A stretch of DNA of 6,480 nt from Thermosulfurimonas dismutans (GTDB lineage Bacteria; Desulfobacterota; Thermodesulfobacteria; Thermodesulfobacteriales; Thermodesulfobacteriaceae): contig NZ_LWLG01000027.1 in assembly GCF_001652585.1 (NCBI RefSeq), forward strand, positions 1 through 6,480. Reading direction: 5' to 3'. This document shows, piece after piece, positions 5,513 through 6,480 of this stretch. The notes under the pieces are model-generated. The model worked only from the letters and a program-made list of their open reading frames with translations. It had not been told where the DNA came from and made no database searches. Position 1 is the stretch's first letter. Each line of letters starts with the position of its first letter. The position numbers and the translations under genes were made by a program.

Positions 5513-5791
5513 TAGGCCCTTGAGTTTTCGGGAAGGGCGGAAGAAGACCTTCCGTCGGGCCGGAATCTCTATGACCTCTTTCTTTTGAAAATCGTAGGCC
5601 TTCCGTGGAGGGGCCTCCCGAACCTCGAAGGTCCCCAGCCCCGGAAGGCCCACCGTTTCTCCTGAGACCAGGGTCTCTTCTACGATTTCTAGGAAGGTCT
5701 CGAAGGCTGCGCGCACCTCCGCCCTCGACCAATCTAAGCCCTCGGCCCTAATCCTGCGATATACACGCTCGAGAAGTTCTTTCCGGTCCAT
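5501..5791 (-). CDS. HU/IHF-fold (bacterial histone-like) DNA-binding protein, divergent arm
   Basis: The track ORF (5501..5944) carries an implausible N-terminal extension that overlaps the NERD gene. ATG 5791 gives 96 aa: MDRKELLERV...GETVGLPGLGTFEVRE...EVIEIPARRKVFFRPSRKLKGLL. This aligns without gaps to the core of E. coli HU-alpha (GDAVQLVGFGTFKV...KEIKIAA...F..GKALKDAV). No clear SD precedes the start. Confidence 0.8.
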   Translation of the reverse strand: MDRKELLERVYRRIRAEGLDWSRAEVRAAFETFLEIVEETLVSGETVGLPGLGTFEVREAPPRKAYDFQKKEVIEIPARRKVFFRPSRKLKGLLRD

Positions 5792-5839
5792 ATAGAGATC
5801 AAGCTTTCCGGCCTGGCGAGTATTGCCCGATCCACTGAA

Positions 5840-5868
5840 ATTATAAGATTTCTTTCTGGCATTTAAAA
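5840..5868 (-). promoter_or_regulatory. Candidate sigma70-type promoter for the HU-like gene
   Basis: The minus strand reads TATAAT at 5845->5840, overlapping the NERD TAA stop and 49 nt upstream of ATG 5791. A weak -35-like TTTTAA (5868->5863) sits 17 nt upstream of it. Hexamer matches in AT-rich DNA are common by chance. Confidence 0.25.
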
Positions 5869-6480
5869 CAAAAAGCTTTACCCTTAAATCTCTTTTTGTT
5901 ATTCCAACAAAATTTAGCTTCTTTTTCCGAGATGTTCGCTCCACATTTGAAACAAAAATACTTTTTTACATCTTTGATACCGAATTTCTTTTTCCAATCA
6001 ATAGTAATTGGCTTGTGAAAACCTGCTAATTTTTTAGCAAACTCTTCTACCAGAGAAAAAGAACTTATTTTTAGTGCGCATTTAAAAGTATTTAGTACGT
6101 CTAACTCTTCAACATTCTTTTCTATGATAGTAGTTAACATATCGGCTTTTATGACATTGGAAAAATCAAACTTTTTTGATCTAGGGCGTCTAATTATTGC
6201 CTTAGGGGACACTAATACATAGTTTAAAAAACGAGGTTTTATCGTTATCCCCAATCTTTTTGGTAAAAGGTCGTGGGCTTCAATAAACTTTGAAAGTAAT
6301 GCTATATGACGTTTATTTTGTTCGATTGGAGAGGGAATCCCAATATAGTAATTCTTGTACTTTACTTCAAATTCTCCTGATTCAGTTATTCTAAGACCGT
6401 ACCTATAATTTTTGGATTCCAATACATATATATCAAAAAAGCGATTTATTAAAATATGATCAATCTGTGCAACTTTTCCA
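5841..6480 (-). CDS. NERD (nuclease-related domain) protein with C-terminal Cys-rich zinc ribbon; 5' end outside the window
   Basis: The track starts at TTG 6422, but I translated 6423-6479 on the minus strand. It stays open and in frame, reading GKVAQIDHILINRFFDIYV before LESKNY. That gives the NERD/PD-(D/E)xK core QIDHILI...IYVLESK, followed by the family-typical GIPSPIEQNKRHI. The C-terminus is CFKCG-x11-C-x13-CFKCQ. The DNA is very AT-rich. Confidence 0.85.
   Translation of the reverse strand, partial: GKVAQIDHILINRFFDIYVLESKNYRYGLRITESGEFEVKYKNYYIGIPSPIEQNKRHIALLSKFIEAHDLLPKRLGITIKPRFLNYVLVSPKAIIRRPRSKKFDFSNVIKADMLTTIIEKNVEELDVLNTFKCALKISSFSLVEEFAKKLAGFHKPITIDWKKKFGIKDVKKYFCFKCGANISEKEAKFCWNNKKRFKGKAFCFKCQKEIL

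Noticed and set aside
5469-5944. 87-aa ORF 5469..5732 (-) and the 51-aa N-terminal extension of ORF 5501..5944
   Set aside because: The first is an alternative frame of the HU-like gene with a Gly/Arg-rich product. The extension overlaps the NERD gene's 3' end across the GC boundary, and the HU fold begins at Met 5791.

Overview
This window comes from a GC-rich bacterial chromosome with thermophile-like protein composition, centred on alaS (alanyl-tRNA synthetase, 2876..5512 +). alaS is flanked on both sides by accessory or defence-like genes of lower or contrasting GC. From left to right the window holds: (1) a G-tract/C-tract hairpin repeat array at the window edge (11..157). (2) An AT-rich islet with two tightly packed small ORFs (316..504, 507..743). 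(3) A COG1373-type AAA ATPase with a winged-helix segment and a PD-(D/E)xK motif (694..1911 -). (4) A 33-bp nested palindrome in the divergent control region (1914..1946). (5) A small DUF6922-like ORF (2003..2272) that overlaps an AbiEii/DUF1814-type nucleotidyltransferase-like gene (2208..2879) by 65 nt. Both signature aspartates of that gene are substituted, and its TGA stop overlaps the alaS ATG (ATGA). (6) alaS itself. (7) A convergent HU/IHF-fold gene (5501..5791 -) that overlaps the alaS 3' end by 12 nt. (8) A very AT-rich, 5'-truncated NERD-domain nuclease gene with a C-terminal Cys-rich zinc ribbon (5841..>6480 -). The strongest candidate for something undescribed is the ATPase / small ORF / apparently catalytically dead NTase cluster that is translationally coupled to an essential aminoacyl-tRNA synthetase. 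The NERD gene next to a divergent HU-like gene and the G-quadruplex-capable repeats are secondary leads. All family calls rest on motif reading and remembered family consensus. No database search was possible.
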